Shown here: positions 27,463-38,015 of the stretch, one piece after another
How the letters are laid out: each line of letters opens with the position of its first letter
Numbering within the stretch: position 1 is the first letter of the stretch
NCBI GenBank assembly: GCA_044235135.1
Contig: JBIIIE010000001.1
Location: forward strand, 1 to 60,731
Source of the DNA: Roseomonas sp.
Lineage (GTDB): Bacteria; Pseudomonadota; Alphaproteobacteria; Acetobacterales; Acetobacteraceae
Reading direction: 5' to 3'
Length of the DNA stretch: 60,731 nt
Made by a program: the position numbers and the translations under genes
The notes under the pieces: model-generated
The model's database searches: none
What the model saw: only the letters and a program-made list of their open reading frames with translations
Told to the model about the DNA's origin: nothing

Positions 27463-29076
27463 CTATTTCGGCAGCACTGCCTGCAAGGATGTCCGCACAT
27501 GGATCGCCGCCGGGCCGGGTGCGGCAAGCGCTTCAGCGAGCTTCGGCATATCCGCATCCGTTTCAATCCGCGTCACCGGCACGCGAAAGGCTGCGCACCA
27601 GGCAGCGAAATCCGGGTTTTCCAGGCTGGTGCCACTCACGCGCCCCGGATGGGCACGTTCCTGATGGATGCGGATGGAGGCATAGGAACCATTATCCGAC
27701 AGAATCATCTTGAGCGGTGCGCCACGCGCCACCGCCACTGCAAATTCCCCGCCCGTCATCAGCGCGCCACCATCACCGACCAGTGCAATCACCTGCCGAT
27801 CAGGGTGGCGCAGCGCCGCCGCCACGCCAGCAGGCACGCCAAAACCCATGGCACCGGAAACCGGTGCCAGTAGGCGGCGCGGCGAAACCCAGGCGATCTT
27901 GCGATAAAATGGCGCGCCGAAAGTGCCGGCATCCAATGCAATCATCGCGTCGGGTGCGGCGATTTCACCAATCAGCTTCGCGATACGCGCGAAGGCGACG
28001 CCATCATTATGGATCGTTGCCGCCACTTGGCTATCGGCGGTTTGCAGGTCTCGTAGCTTCTTGGCCCAGGCGCCACGCGCGGTGGGTGCAACCGGCTTTT
28101 CCGCACCAAGCGCGGCGAGCACCGCGCGCGCATCGGCAGCTATCGCCAATTCAGCGGGGAAATGCCAGCCAAGAAAGCGCGGCTCCGCGCAGATATGCGC
28201 AAGCCTTTGCCCCGGTGCGGGCCATGTCCAGCCCTGGGTGGTGATGTCGGTCAGGCGCGTGCCAAGGGCCACGACCAAATCCGCATCGGCAAAAGCAGCG
28301 CGCTGCGCATCCGGGTTTCGCAGGCCCAGATCACCTGCGTAGAGCGCGTGATCATTCGGGAAAAGATCCTGCCGGCGAAAGGAAACCGCAACGGGGGTTT
28401 GCCAGGCTTCCGCAAAAGCCAGCAGGGCTTCGCGCCCGCCTTCAGTATCAATCGCATGGCCGGCCAGAATGATCGGGCGTTCGGCGCCGCGCAGCATCGC
28501 GGCCAGCCGGGCCACATCCGCGGGCGCGGGCTGCGCGGGGGCCGCGATGGTGGCGGGCGGAACGGGCATGGCGCAAGGTTCGGCCAGCACATCTTCGGGC
28601 AGGCTGAGCACCACCGGCCCCGGCACGCCCTGCATCGCCATGGCATAGGCGCGCGCGATCAATTCCGGCACCTGGTCCGCGCTGGTCGCTTCCCCCACCC
28701 ATTTCGCGATGCCGCTGAACATGCGGGCATAGTCAATTTCCTGGAAGGCATTACGGCGCAAATCGCGCTTTTCCACCTGCCCGATCAGCAGGATCATCGG
28801 CACCGCATCCTGTTCCGCCGTATGCACGGCGATGGCGGCATTGCAGGCGCCGGGCCCGCGTGAGACCAGCACCACGCCGGGCTTGCCCGTCATTTTACCA
28901 TCGGCCACCGCCATGAAGCCGGCGCCGCCTTCGCTGCGGCAAGTCACAAGGTCCATGCGCGGATGGGCATGCAGCGCATCCAGCAAGGCGATATAGCTTT
29001 CACCAGGCACGCAAAAGGCACGGTCAATGCCCTGGGCAGCGAGGAATTCAATCAGGGCTTCGGCGGCGGTTTTCAT
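27463..29076 (-). CDS. Thiamine-diphosphate-dependent enzyme (acetolactate-synthase-like, substrate unknown)
   Basis: FCVPGESY, SRGPG, AFQEIDY, GAMGFG, GDGG...N ThDP motif. Confidence 0.9.
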   Translation of the reverse strand: MKTAAEALIEFLAAQGIDRAFCVPGESYIALLDALHAHPRMDLVTCRSEGGAGFMAVADGKMTGKPGVVLVSRGPGACNAAIAVHTAEQDAVPMILLIGQVEKRDLRRNAFQEIDYARMFSGIAKWVGEATSADQVPELIARAYAMAMQGVPGPVVLSLPEDVLAEPCAMPVPPATIAAPAQPAPADVARLAAMLRGAERPIILAGHAIDTEGGREALLAFAEAWQTPVAVSFRRQDLFPNDHALYAGDLGLRNPDAQRAAFADADLVVALGTRLTDITTQGWTWPAPGQRLAHICAEPRFLGWHFPAELAIAADARAVLAALGAEKPVAPTARGAWAKKLRDLQTADSQVAATIHNDGVAFARIAKLIGEIAAPDAMIALDAGTFGAPFYRKIAWVSPRRLLAPVSGAMGFGVPAGVAAALRHPDRQVIALVGDGGALMTGGEFAVAVARGAPLKMILSDNGSYASIRIHQERAHPGRVSGTSLENPDFAAWCAAFRVPVTRIETDADMPKLAEALAAPGPAAIHVRTSLQAVLPK

Positions 29077-29200
29077 GGGTCACTTTCCTTCCTGACCAAC
29101 GGGATAGCTCAGTCGCGCCAGATGATCCATGGCGCCCGCGCCAAAAATCGGTATAAGCGGCCCAATAGAGAAGCATTCAAACAGGGAAGGATATCAGATC

Positions 29201-30181
29201 ATGCAAATCACTCGCCGCGCCGCCTTGGCGCTTGCGCTTGCCACGCCCGCCATCTCAACCGCCAGCGCGCAAGGGTCCTGGCGCCCGGAACGGCCGATGC
29301 GCGTCATTGTGCCCTTCGCACCCGGTGGCGCCACGGATGTGGTGGCGCGGTTGGTGGCGGATGCGGCTGCGCAAATGCTCGGACAGAATATCGTGATCGA
29401 AAACCGCGCCGGCGGTGCCGCAGGCCTGATTGGTTCTGAAGCGGCGGCCAAATCCGCGGCCGATGGCTACACCATCATGATCCATTCCAACGCGCATGTG
29501 ATTGCACCTAGCCTGGTGGCGCGCATGCCATTTGACCCGATTGCGGATTTCGCGCCCGTTGCGCATTTGGGGCGCATTCCGCAGGTGCTGGTGATCAACC
29601 GCAATATTCCCGCGACCGACATGCAATCCTTGATTGTGTGGCTGCGCGCCAATTCGGGGAAGATCAATTTCGCTTCCGCAGGGATTGGCAGCGCCAATCA
29701 CTTGACATCGGAAGTCTTCCGCGCCGCGCTGCCGGGCGTTGAGATGCAAATGGTGCAGTATCGCGGCGGCGGCCCCGCCATGGCGGCGGTGATTTCCGGT
29801 GAGGCCCATATGGCGGTGGACCCGACCGCTTCTGCCACATCCCATATCCGCGCCGGCACGGTGCGCCCGATTGCCATTTCCGGATCTCAGCGCGTGGCGA
29901 GCCTGCCGGAAATTCCCGCCGCCACCGAAGCCGGCCTGCCCGCCTGGGCAGGTGCGGCCTGGATTGGCGCCTTTGCACCGGCGCAAACGCCGCGCGGCAT
30001 TGTGGAATCGCTCAACGTCACCTTCAACGCGGCGATGGAGCGCATCAAGCCGCGCTTGGTTGACATCGGCATTGAAATTGAACCGCAATATGCGACCATT
30101 GCGGCTTTCAGCGCTTATGTGCGGGAAGAATTTGCCCGCAGCGCCGCAGTGCTGCGCGCCGCGGGGGTGAAGCCGGAATAA
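29201..30181 (+). CDS. Bug/TctC tripartite tricarboxylate transporter receptor
   Basis: IVPFAPGGATDVVAR, IENRAG, DGYT, SAGIGS..HL, YRGGGPA. Confidence 0.93.
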   Translation: MQITRRAALALALATPAISTASAQGSWRPERPMRVIVPFAPGGATDVVARLVADAAAQMLGQNIVIENRAGGAAGLIGSEAAAKSAADGYTIMIHSNAHVIAPSLVARMPFDPIADFAPVAHLGRIPQVLVINRNIPATDMQSLIVWLRANSGKINFASAGIGSANHLTSEVFRAALPGVEMQMVQYRGGGPAMAAVISGEAHMAVDPTASATSHIRAGTVRPIAISGSQRVASLPEIPAATEAGLPAWAGAAWIGAFAPAQTPRGIVESLNVTFNAAMERIKPRLVDIGIEIEPQYATIAAFSAYVREEFARSAAVLRAAGVKPE

Positions 30182-30185
30182 GCGG

Positions 30186-32165
30186 TCAGTTACCCTGTTG
30201 CAGTAGCGCCACCACGGCGCGCTGCCAGGCTTCAAAGGCGCGGCTGGATGCGGCGCCTTTCGCTTCCGCCTCTCGGCTGGCGGCATTCAGCCGCTGGCGT
30301 GCGGCCTGCTGTTCCCCGCCGGTACGATCTTCCACCGCCTGGCGTGCACGGGTCAGCGCCTGATCGGCTGAGCGGGCTTCCCGCGCCGCCAGGCGTGCCG
30401 CATCCAGCAGGACACGGATTTGCTGAAGTGCGGTGATGGTGTTGGCGAGAGCGTCGCGCCCCGGCACATCAGCGCCAGTGCGCGTCAGGATTTCCTGCAA
30501 GCGTTCAACCGAACCCGGCCCGCCGGGGACCCGGCGGAGCGAAGCTTCCAGATCGAATTGCGCTGCTTGCAGCAAGGCGGGATCGCCAAGCGCCTGATCC
30601 CAAAATGACACATCCTGGCGCTGATCGCGTTCAAAGCCGAGCCTTATGGTCTTGGGCGCGGCTTCCAGTTGGGTTTCATGACGCAGGCCAAATTCGCCTT
30701 CCGCCGCTACCGGGAAACGGGGCGTGGCACCAGGGCGGCGCGGCAGGTCAATCACCATCACGCCACGCGCATCGCGCGGGTCAATCGCCAGCGCGGTTTC
30801 TTCGATGCGTTTTGACTCAATCGTCACGAAGCCGCGGCGTAATGTGATGCGGGTGATATCGTCGCGGCTGCTGTTTTGGCTTGAAAGGCGCATATCACGA
30901 TCACGCGCGAAAGCGATCAGGCGCTGATCACCCGGCGATAACGCGCGCAATTCCGCATCACCCAAAAAGCTTGGCGCATCCGGCCCGCCATAAACCGTGA
31001 CCAGCCCATCGGGCAGCACATGGTTGGAGGTGTTGCGGAAACGGAGCGCGTGGAAGGGGCGCGTCGCCGCCAGATCCTGCACCCACCACAGCCTTTCGGC
31101 GGGCAGGTTGAGATCAAGGAAGGGCAGGTTGGCGGTTTGGCCGCTGCGGATGGTGACGGGTTGTTCCAGGGTGAAGGCCACGCGCCCGGCAGCGGCTTCC
31201 GCCGCGACATTCACCGCGAACGGCGCAGGCGCGGCTTCGGCACGCATGGCGGGGCGCGCTGAGGGGGAAGGCGGCGGCGCCATCATGGGCGCTGCCGCCG
31301 CCGCCATGGGCTGAGCGCCCGTATCGGGGCTCACGCGCATGGCCTCTGCAATGCGCACCGGCAATTCAGGGCGCGGCACGGTGATGGGTTCAAAGATCGG
31401 CTGATGAAAGGCAGCTGCTTCGTCAGACACCAGCGAAATCCGCACGCCTTCCCAATCACTGCCCGACGCGTTTTCCACCACAGCCCAGCCCATCAGCCGC
31501 GCCTGCCCGCCCGTTGTGCCAAGCGGTGGCGCCACCAACCGATAGGAAGGCTTCCACATCGGCGCACCGGCGATATAGATCACCGCCACTTGCCGCGCGC
31601 GATCCGCCTTCAGTCGGATTTCGATGCGCCTTTCATCATCACTGCGCGCTGCCGCGAGCGCTTCCGCCGCGCGCGCCACGCGGGCCGCGAGTGCGGGATC
31701 GGTCAGCGTAACCTCATCACCCGATTTCAGCAGGACAGAAAGCAACCCGCGCGGCCCGATCAACGAAAGATGCAGACCGGCATCGGTCTCAGCGGCTGCG
31801 GCAATGCGCCCGCGCGCACCAGCGGCTTCGGCTTCCTGACCGCGCAGCGCGTTCAACAGGCTCGCGCGATTTTCGAAATCAGTGGGGCGCAGCGGCAGGC
31901 CGCGAAATGCCTCATTCAGCAAATCCCGCGCCGGCAGGCTGAGGCCTTCAACACGCCCGCCAGGATCGAGAATAAGCAGGGATCGCAGCAGATCATCCAC
32001 ATCGCCGAGTGGCGCGCGAAACACCACAGGCGCATTCGCCGCGACTTCGCCCGCGCGTTCAATTTGCGCTATGCCGGCGGAGGAAAGCGTGACACCGCGG
32101 ATTGGCATTTCGGCTGCAAATGCCGCAGGAGCAATCAGCGTAAGGGCAAGGCTGGTGCACCGCAT
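30186..32165 (-). CDS. Exported DUF4139-like protein
   Basis: Signal peptide, VTLSSAGIA, DDLLRSL, WKPSYRL, WAVVENASGSDWEGVRISLVS. Confidence 0.78.
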   Translation of the reverse strand: MRCTSLALTLIAPAAFAAEMPIRGVTLSSAGIAQIERAGEVAANAPVVFRAPLGDVDDLLRSLLILDPGGRVEGLSLPARDLLNEAFRGLPLRPTDFENRASLLNALRGQEAEAAGARGRIAAAAETDAGLHLSLIGPRGLLSVLLKSGDEVTLTDPALAARVARAAEALAAARSDDERRIEIRLKADRARQVAVIYIAGAPMWKPSYRLVAPPLGTTGGQARLMGWAVVENASGSDWEGVRISLVSDEAAAFHQPIFEPITVPRPELPVRIAEAMRVSPDTGAQPMAAAAAPMMAPPPSPSARPAMRAEAAPAPFAVNVAAEAAAGRVAFTLEQPVTIRSGQTANLPFLDLNLPAERLWWVQDLAATRPFHALRFRNTSNHVLPDGLVTVYGGPDAPSFLGDAELRALSPGDQRLIAFARDRDMRLSSQNSSRDDITRITLRRGFVTIESKRIEETALAIDPRDARGVMVIDLPRRPGATPRFPVAAEGEFGLRHETQLEAAPKTIRLGFERDQRQDVSFWDQALGDPALLQAAQFDLEASLRRVPGGPGSVERLQEILTRTGADVPGRDALANTITALQQIRVLLDAARLAAREARSADQALTRARQAVEDRTGGEQQAARQRLNAASREAEAKGAASSRAFEAWQRAVVALLQQGN

Positions 32166-32220
32166 GGGCTTGGCTCCGTCAAAAGAGAGGGTGGGTGTTT
32201 GCGTTTCCAAAGCGGCGATT

Positions 32221-32679
32221 TTAGGGCGCCTTGACCGGGCGATTGGCATGGCTTGCTTGCGGCACACCACGATTGAGCGACATATGCGAATGAACGCAGA
32301 GCCACGCATCAGGCTTGCCATGGAAAATCATGGTGGCACGGCCTGGTCTGTCAAAGCGTGAGCCATCCGGGTGAAAACCTGTGCTGGTCCAGGGTGCGAT
32401 GACCACCACCATGGATTTGTCATCCGCGGCCAGCACATGGGTTTCCGCAAGGGTGAAGCGAAAATCCTCGGTCTTTGGCCAGACATTATCCCATTGCGTC
32501 GCCTGCCAGGCGGCAAGCCCTGGAATGACATCCCGATGCGTCCCGAAAGCCAGCACATCTGGGTGAAACAATGGGCGCGCGGCTGCATAGTCAACTTCAC
32601 GCACAAAACTGGCAAAGCGGTCCAGCCAGGCATCAAACCAGGCGCGCGTTGCGGCATCGGCGTTTGGTAGATTGATCAT
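32221..32679 (-). CDS. SnoaL/NTF2-like protein
   Basis: About 150 aa; LFHPDVLAFGT, GRATMIF, WLCVHSHMS. Confidence 0.8.
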   Translation of the reverse strand: MINLPNADAATRAWFDAWLDRFASFVREVDYAAARPLFHPDVLAFGTHRDVIPGLAAWQATQWDNVWPKTEDFRFTLAETHVLAADDKSMVVVIAPWTSTGFHPDGSRFDRPGRATMIFHGKPDAWLCVHSHMSLNRGVPQASHANRPVKAP

Positions 32680-32827
32680 GGTGCACACCCTTTCGGCTTT
32701 CCTGGTGACAGCCTGATCCGAAGCGCCAGCGCTTTCAAGCTTCGCGGCCTGTGCCTTGCCGAGCGGGTCCGGGCGGGCTTAGCCTTGCTGCCTGAGCGTG
32801 GGTTGCGCGATAGAAAAGGGGGATACC

Positions 32828-33877
32828 ATGCCGAAACTCAGTGCTGATCGCGTCAAGGAAATCGGCCGCACATTGTTGATCGCTGCCGGCGCGCCGGCAG
32901 AGGAGGCGGAAACCGTCGCGCGGCATTGCACCAGCGCCAATCTGGTCGGCCATGATTCGCACGGGATCATCATGATTCCGGGCTATATCGAACGCATCAA
33001 GGTTGGCCATATCGTGCCCGGTGCGCCGTGGAAGATTGTGCAGGAATCAGCGACAACATCGGTGATTGATGGGCATTGGGGCTTTGGGTATGTCGCCAAT
33101 GAAAAAGCCATGCGCTACACCATCGAAAAAGCGCAGACATCCAATGTTGCTGCCGCGACCGTGTTTCGGCAGGGCCATATCGGGCGCTTGGCAAGCTATC
33201 CGCTGATGGCGGCGGAAGCCGGCATGATTGGCATCTGCACGGCGGATTCCGGGCGTTCACCGAAAGCCGTTGCACCTTTCGGCGGGCGAGAAGCGCGGCT
33301 TGGCACCAACCCGATTTCCATTGCCGTGCCTTCGGATTTGGCCGGGCCCTTTGTGCTGGATATGGCGACCTCGGCCGCCGCCGCCGGCAAGGTTTTTCTG
33401 GCGCAGGCGCGCGGGCAGGAAGTGCCGGATGGTTGGGTGATTGGCGCGGATGGCAAGCCCACGCGTGATCCATCGCAATTGAAGAAAGGCGGCGCGCTGC
33501 TGCCACTGGGCGGCACGGAAGGCTATAAGGGTTTTGGCCTGGCCGCGATGGTGGAAATTCTCTGTGGCCTGCTGACCGGGCTCGGCTTTGGTGTGGAGCC
33601 AACGGGTAGGCATAATGACGGCTGCTTCATGGCGGTGTTCAAGGTTGATGCCTTCCGCCCGCTTCAGCAATTCAAGCAGGAAGTCGCGGATTTCGCGCGT
33701 TATCTGAAGGACACCCCGCCTGCGGAGGGCAGCCAGGGCGTGTTTTATCCCGGAGAGCTTGAAGCAATGCGTGAGGCGGATCGCCGCGCCAATGGCATTG
33801 AGATCGAGGATAAGACAATTGAGGTTTTGACCAAGCTTGCCGGCGAATTGGGTGTGGCCGGCAAGCTGGGATTGTAG
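32828..33877 (+). CDS. Ldh_2 (malate/L-lactate/ureidoglycolate dehydrogenase-like) oxidoreductase
   Basis: GHDSHG, GHIGRL, GTNPI, LDMATS, GYKGFGL, PGELE. Confidence 0.92.
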   Translation: MPKLSADRVKEIGRTLLIAAGAPAEEAETVARHCTSANLVGHDSHGIIMIPGYIERIKVGHIVPGAPWKIVQESATTSVIDGHWGFGYVANEKAMRYTIEKAQTSNVAAATVFRQGHIGRLASYPLMAAEAGMIGICTADSGRSPKAVAPFGGREARLGTNPISIAVPSDLAGPFVLDMATSAAAAGKVFLAQARGQEVPDGWVIGADGKPTRDPSQLKKGGALLPLGGTEGYKGFGLAAMVEILCGLLTGLGFGVEPTGRHNDGCFMAVFKVDAFRPLQQFKQEVADFARYLKDTPPAEGSQGVFYPGELEAMREADRRANGIEIEDKTIEVLTKLAGELGVAGKLGL

Positions 33878-33885
33878 CGATTGGG

Positions 33886-34641
33886 TTAGGCGAGATCAAA
33901 AGTGATCTCGCCAAATCCGGCAAAGCCGGCCTGCACGCGCTGGCCGGGTGGGACAAAGATGCAGCCGGTATAGGTGCCGGTCGTCACCACCTGGCCGGCG
34001 CGCAAATGCTCGCCAAGCCCATGCAGATGATTGGCGAGCCATACCAACGGCAGCACCGGATCGCCCGAGGGATTGCCGCCCTTCTGGTCCACCTGCACCG
34101 CGCCCGCATAGGATTGCCGCACGGCAAGATTGGGCAGATCAAAGCGCCGCCAATCCGCGACATCTGCGCCCAGCACATAGCCAAGATGGGCGATGTTATC
34201 AGCCATACCCTCAGAGGGTGCCACGACCTTATGGTCCGCGTAGCGCGACTGCACCAATTCAAGCAGCGGGAAGGCCGCATCTATCGCATCCAGCACTTCC
34301 TCGCGGCTATAGGCAGTGCCGCGCGATGGCAGATCACGTTTCAGGCGGAAAGCGACTTCGGTTTCAAGGCCGATGGGGCGTGTCGTCGCCACCCCCCAAC
34401 GCCCGCCTGATTGGCGCGCGCCAGCCGCCGCCATGATGCCGAAACCGGTCGGCTTGCCGGGCGGGGTCGCGCATTTCCAACCGCCGATGGAACCGCCCAA
34501 CGCTTTCAGCACACCGCGTTGAATGGCGAAGATCTCCGCCTCATTGCCTGGTGCCGCATCACCAAGATTGGCGATGGGCGCGCCGCCCTTGTGGACGGCT
34601 ACGAGTTTCTCAATCGCGCGACTGACGGTTTCAGATGACAT
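33886..34641 (-). CDS. 2-keto-4-pentenoate hydratase-like (FAH superfamily)
   Basis: GWK, LETEVAFRL, LELVQSRY, ADN, GDP..LVWLAN, GQVVTTGT. Confidence 0.85.
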   Translation of the reverse strand: MSSETVSRAIEKLVAVHKGGAPIANLGDAAPGNEAEIFAIQRGVLKALGGSIGGWKCATPPGKPTGFGIMAAAGARQSGGRWGVATTRPIGLETEVAFRLKRDLPSRGTAYSREEVLDAIDAAFPLLELVQSRYADHKVVAPSEGMADNIAHLGYVLGADVADWRRFDLPNLAVRQSYAGAVQVDQKGGNPSGDPVLPLVWLANHLHGLGEHLRAGQVVTTGTYTGCIFVPPGQRVQAGFAGFGEITFDLA

Positions 34642-34652
34642 GAGCGTGTTTC

Positions 34653-35618
34653 CTATTCATTCAATTCCGGAATGACCCAAAGCGGCGCCTCGCCCCGCGC
34701 GACACGCTGCACATTGTCAAAAGCATTGCGCAGCCTGGCGATATTGCTGTCCTGCGTAGGGCCGGCCATATGCGCGGTCAGCACAACATTATCCAGATTG
34801 AACAGCGGATTATCCGGCGGCGGTGGTTCCTGATCGAAAACATCCAAGCCAGCACCAGCAATCTGGCCGGAAGACAGCGCGCGGTAGAGCGCCGCTTCAT
34901 CCACTACGGGGCCACGGCTGGTATTGATCAAAAAGGCGGTTGGCTTCATCAGCGCCAATTCGGCTTCACCCAACAAGCCCTTGGTGCTGGCATTCAAAGG
35001 CACATGGAGCGAGACGATATCTGACGTCCTCAGCAATTCCCGATATAGCCGGAAACGTACATTCAGCGCATCTTCGGTTTCTTCGCGGAGCCGGGCGATA
35101 TCATAGTAATGCACATTCATGCCGAAGGCCTGCGCGAGGCGCGCGGTTTTCTTGCCAATCGTGCCAAGCCCTACAATACCAAGGGTACGTCCGCGCAATT
35201 CATACAGCTTCGGCGTTTGATTGCCGCGCCACCGGCCAGCGGCGACATTCGTATGCTGACGGATCAATTGCCGCGATACCGCCAACATCAGCAGCACAGC
35301 ATGTTCGGAAACCGCGGTGGAGTTGGCGCCACCATTATTGGCGAAAGGCACACCGCCACGCCGCGCTGCGGCGATATCCGCACGGTCATAGCCGGCGCTC
35401 AATACCTGGATAAGTTTCAGCTTGGGGGCGATGGCGTAAAGCTCATCCTTCACCAACATATCCACGAAGCCAACCAGATATTCTGCTTCCCCCATCGCTT
35501 CCGTCCACTCCGCGCCGCCGGGCTTGGCGATGCGCAGATCAAAGCCATCGGGCGCCATTTCCTGGATTACCGCCTCATCCACCATGGATTGCGTGACGAC
35601 CACAATACGCGGCTTCAT
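34653..35618 (-). CDS. D-isomer-specific 2-hydroxyacid dehydrogenase
   Basis: GIVGLGTIG, LHVPL, INTSRG, LDVFDQEP, TAHMAG. Confidence 0.93.
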   Translation of the reverse strand: MKPRIVVVTQSMVDEAVIQEMAPDGFDLRIAKPGGAEWTEAMGEAEYLVGFVDMLVKDELYAIAPKLKLIQVLSAGYDRADIAAARRGGVPFANNGGANSTAVSEHAVLLMLAVSRQLIRQHTNVAAGRWRGNQTPKLYELRGRTLGIVGLGTIGKKTARLAQAFGMNVHYYDIARLREETEDALNVRFRLYRELLRTSDIVSLHVPLNASTKGLLGEAELALMKPTAFLINTSRGPVVDEAALYRALSSGQIAGAGLDVFDQEPPPPDNPLFNLDNVVLTAHMAGPTQDSNIARLRNAFDNVQRVARGEAPLWVIPELNE

Positions 35619-35798
35619 GTTTCCTCCGAATTGACTGTCTGGCGCAGCATGAACCGACAGGCGGCTGGCGCCAAGGGGCGGCCCAAGGGGCAGCATTGCG
35701 CGCGACACGCGCTGGCGCCATGCTGAGCCCCACGCAACATCAGGCCGGGGGCCTTATCGGGTGCAGCACAAGGGCGCTTTGCCAGGGAAGGACCAGGC

Positions 35799-37004
35799 GT
35801 GAAGGAAGCCCCTTCGCGCCGCGCATGGTTTATTTTGGCCGGCGGCTTCCTGGCCTTCACCATCAGCGCCGGCCTGATGCATGCCTATAGCGTTTTTCTG
35901 CTGGTATTCATTGCAGAGTTTCGCTGGACCCGCGCGGAAAGTTCAATTGCCTATTCCGTTGGGCAGGTGGTTGGCGGCGTTTCATCCCCGCTGGTGGGCG
36001 GCATGGTGGATAGGCTTGGTGCGCGGCGCATGGTGTTGCTGGGCGGCTGTCTTTTGGCGCTTGGGTTGCTTGGCAGTTCCTTCGCAACATCGCTGTGGCA
36101 AATTGTGTTCCTGTATGGCGTGGTGATGACGCTGGGTGCCAATTGCATCAGCATGGTGGTATTTGCGCCGTTGATATCGCGGCTTTTTGTCGCGCGGCGC
36201 GGCATGGCCATGTCCATGCTGCAATCCGCCAATGGTTTTGGCCGCGCGATTTCAGCGCCCATTGCCCAGCTGATGGTGAGCGAAGTTGGTTGGCGCAGCG
36301 CCTATCTGCTGCAGGCGGGTGTGATGGCGGCGCTGATCTTGCCATTGGCGGCGCTGTTTCGCGGTGCGGAGCAAACACCCATCGCCAAAGCCAGCGTGGA
36401 TAGCGCACCGCAGCGCGATTGGTCCGTTGCACAGGCCATGCGTACGCGGCATTTCTGGCTGCTCTTCGCTGTCTATGGCCTGACAAGCATCGGCAGTTTT
36501 CTGGTGTCGCTCCATCAATTGGCCTTTGCCGTGGATCGTGGTTTTGATCCGCTTTATGCCGCTTTCGTGCTGGGGCTTGGCAGCTTGCTGGCCCTGCCTG
36601 GCGTGATTTTGACCGGGACGATCTCGGATTACATCGGGCGCGAAGGTGCCGCGATACTTGCTTACGCGATCTCCATCATCGGCGTTGCGGCGGCGCTGCT
36701 GATTGATAACGCGGATCAACACCTGCTGTTCTGGATACATGCTTGTTGCTTTGGCATTACCTGGGGCGCGCGCGGGCCGGCGATTACAGCAAAAACGGCT
36801 GATCTTTTCGGCGGCCCCAGGCTTGGCACCATTCTTGGCATGATCACCATCGGTTCAGGTTTGGGCGCCGGGCTTGGTGCCTGGGGCGCGGGCTTCCTGT
36901 TTGACCTGACGGGCAGCTACCAGCTTGGCTTCATGCTTTCCATCGCGGCCTATACAACCGGTGCCTGCGTGTTTTGGGCGCTGCGCAAGCCGGTGCGGGG
37001 CTGA
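35799..37004 (+). CDS. MFS transporter (OFA/MCT-like)
   Basis: About 12 TM segments, GGMVDRLGARR motif A, RRGMA. Confidence 0.9.
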   Translation: MKEAPSRRAWFILAGGFLAFTISAGLMHAYSVFLLVFIAEFRWTRAESSIAYSVGQVVGGVSSPLVGGMVDRLGARRMVLLGGCLLALGLLGSSFATSLWQIVFLYGVVMTLGANCISMVVFAPLISRLFVARRGMAMSMLQSANGFGRAISAPIAQLMVSEVGWRSAYLLQAGVMAALILPLAALFRGAEQTPIAKASVDSAPQRDWSVAQAMRTRHFWLLFAVYGLTSIGSFLVSLHQLAFAVDRGFDPLYAAFVLGLGSLLALPGVILTGTISDYIGREGAAILAYAISIIGVAAALLIDNADQHLLFWIHACCFGITWGARGPAITAKTADLFGGPRLGTILGMITIGSGLGAGLGAWGAGFLFDLTGSYQLGFMLSIAAYTTGACVFWALRKPVRG

Positions 37005-37007
37005 ACA

Positions 37008-38015
37008 CTATCTGCGCCTGTGCGCAAGAAACGCCTTAACCCTGAAGGCAGCGTCAGTATTTACCGCACCTTCCGGCATTTCCCCGCGCGCGAGGGCCGC
37101 AATCTGGCGCACCGTATCCATGGCTTGGTGTTCCATTGCCTCCGGCGTCATGCCGCCGATATGCGGGGTCGCCACCACATCGGCGCGGGCAGCAAGTGCC
37201 GGGTTTGGTCTTTGATCGGGTGCGCTGCCGACATCCATGGCGGCGCCAGCCAGATGTCGCGACTGAAGTGCAGCCATCAGCGCCGCTTCATCTACCAATT
37301 CCCCGCGCGAAAGATTGATGAAGCGCGCGCCAGGCTTCATGGCTGCAAACGCCGCGGCATTGAACAAATGCCTGGTAGACGCATCAGAAATCGCGAGGCA
37401 CACCACAATATCCGATCCCGCCAGCACTTCTGTGAACGGTACTTGCGTGATGCGCGGATCAGTCACCTTGGCGAAAGGGTCCGTCACCGACACATGCATG
37501 CCGAGCGCCAGCGCCACTTCAGCCAGGCGCTGGCCGATGCGCCCATAGCCAATAATGCCAAGCCGTGCTGCCGATAGCTGCAAGCCCATGCGCCCCTGCG
37601 GCAAGCCGCCAGCACGATAAGCGCCGACCATCACACTGACATCGCGCGCCAGATCCACCATAAAGCCCAGCGCCAATTCCACCACTGCATCCACAAAGCC
37701 AGGTGTCGCGCGCGTCACCAATACACCAGCGGCACTGGCGGCAGGCACATTGATGGTAGAGATATCCACCGCCACACGCAGAAAGGCCAAAAGCTCCGGC
37801 ATGGCCGCGAAGGTTTCGGGAAGCCCTGGCGTTGCACGATCTGCGACAATTGCATGGCAGCCGCGCGCCGCTTCGGCCAAGGTCGCACCAGACAGCACAC
37901 TATCACCGGGGTTGCGCACAACCTCAGCATGTTCCGCCAAGGCCTCAAGCGCGCGCGGTCCATAATAGCCTTCGAACATCTCAGGCGTATGCGATAGAAA
38001 AACGCGGAGCTTCAT
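37008..38015 (-). CDS. 2-hydroxyacid-dehydrogenase-like protein with atypical active site
   Basis: GIIGYGRIG, INLSRG, TPHIGG; DVGSAPDQRP in place of DVxxxEP. Confidence 0.85.
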   Translation of the reverse strand: MKLRVFLSHTPEMFEGYYGPRALEALAEHAEVVRNPGDSVLSGATLAEAARGCHAIVADRATPGLPETFAAMPELLAFLRVAVDISTINVPAASAAGVLVTRATPGFVDAVVELALGFMVDLARDVSVMVGAYRAGGLPQGRMGLQLSAARLGIIGYGRIGQRLAEVALALGMHVSVTDPFAKVTDPRITQVPFTEVLAGSDIVVCLAISDASTRHLFNAAAFAAMKPGARFINLSRGELVDEAALMAALQSRHLAGAAMDVGSAPDQRPNPALAARADVVATPHIGGMTPEAMEHQAMDTVRQIAALARGEMPEGAVNTDAAFRVKAFLAHRRR

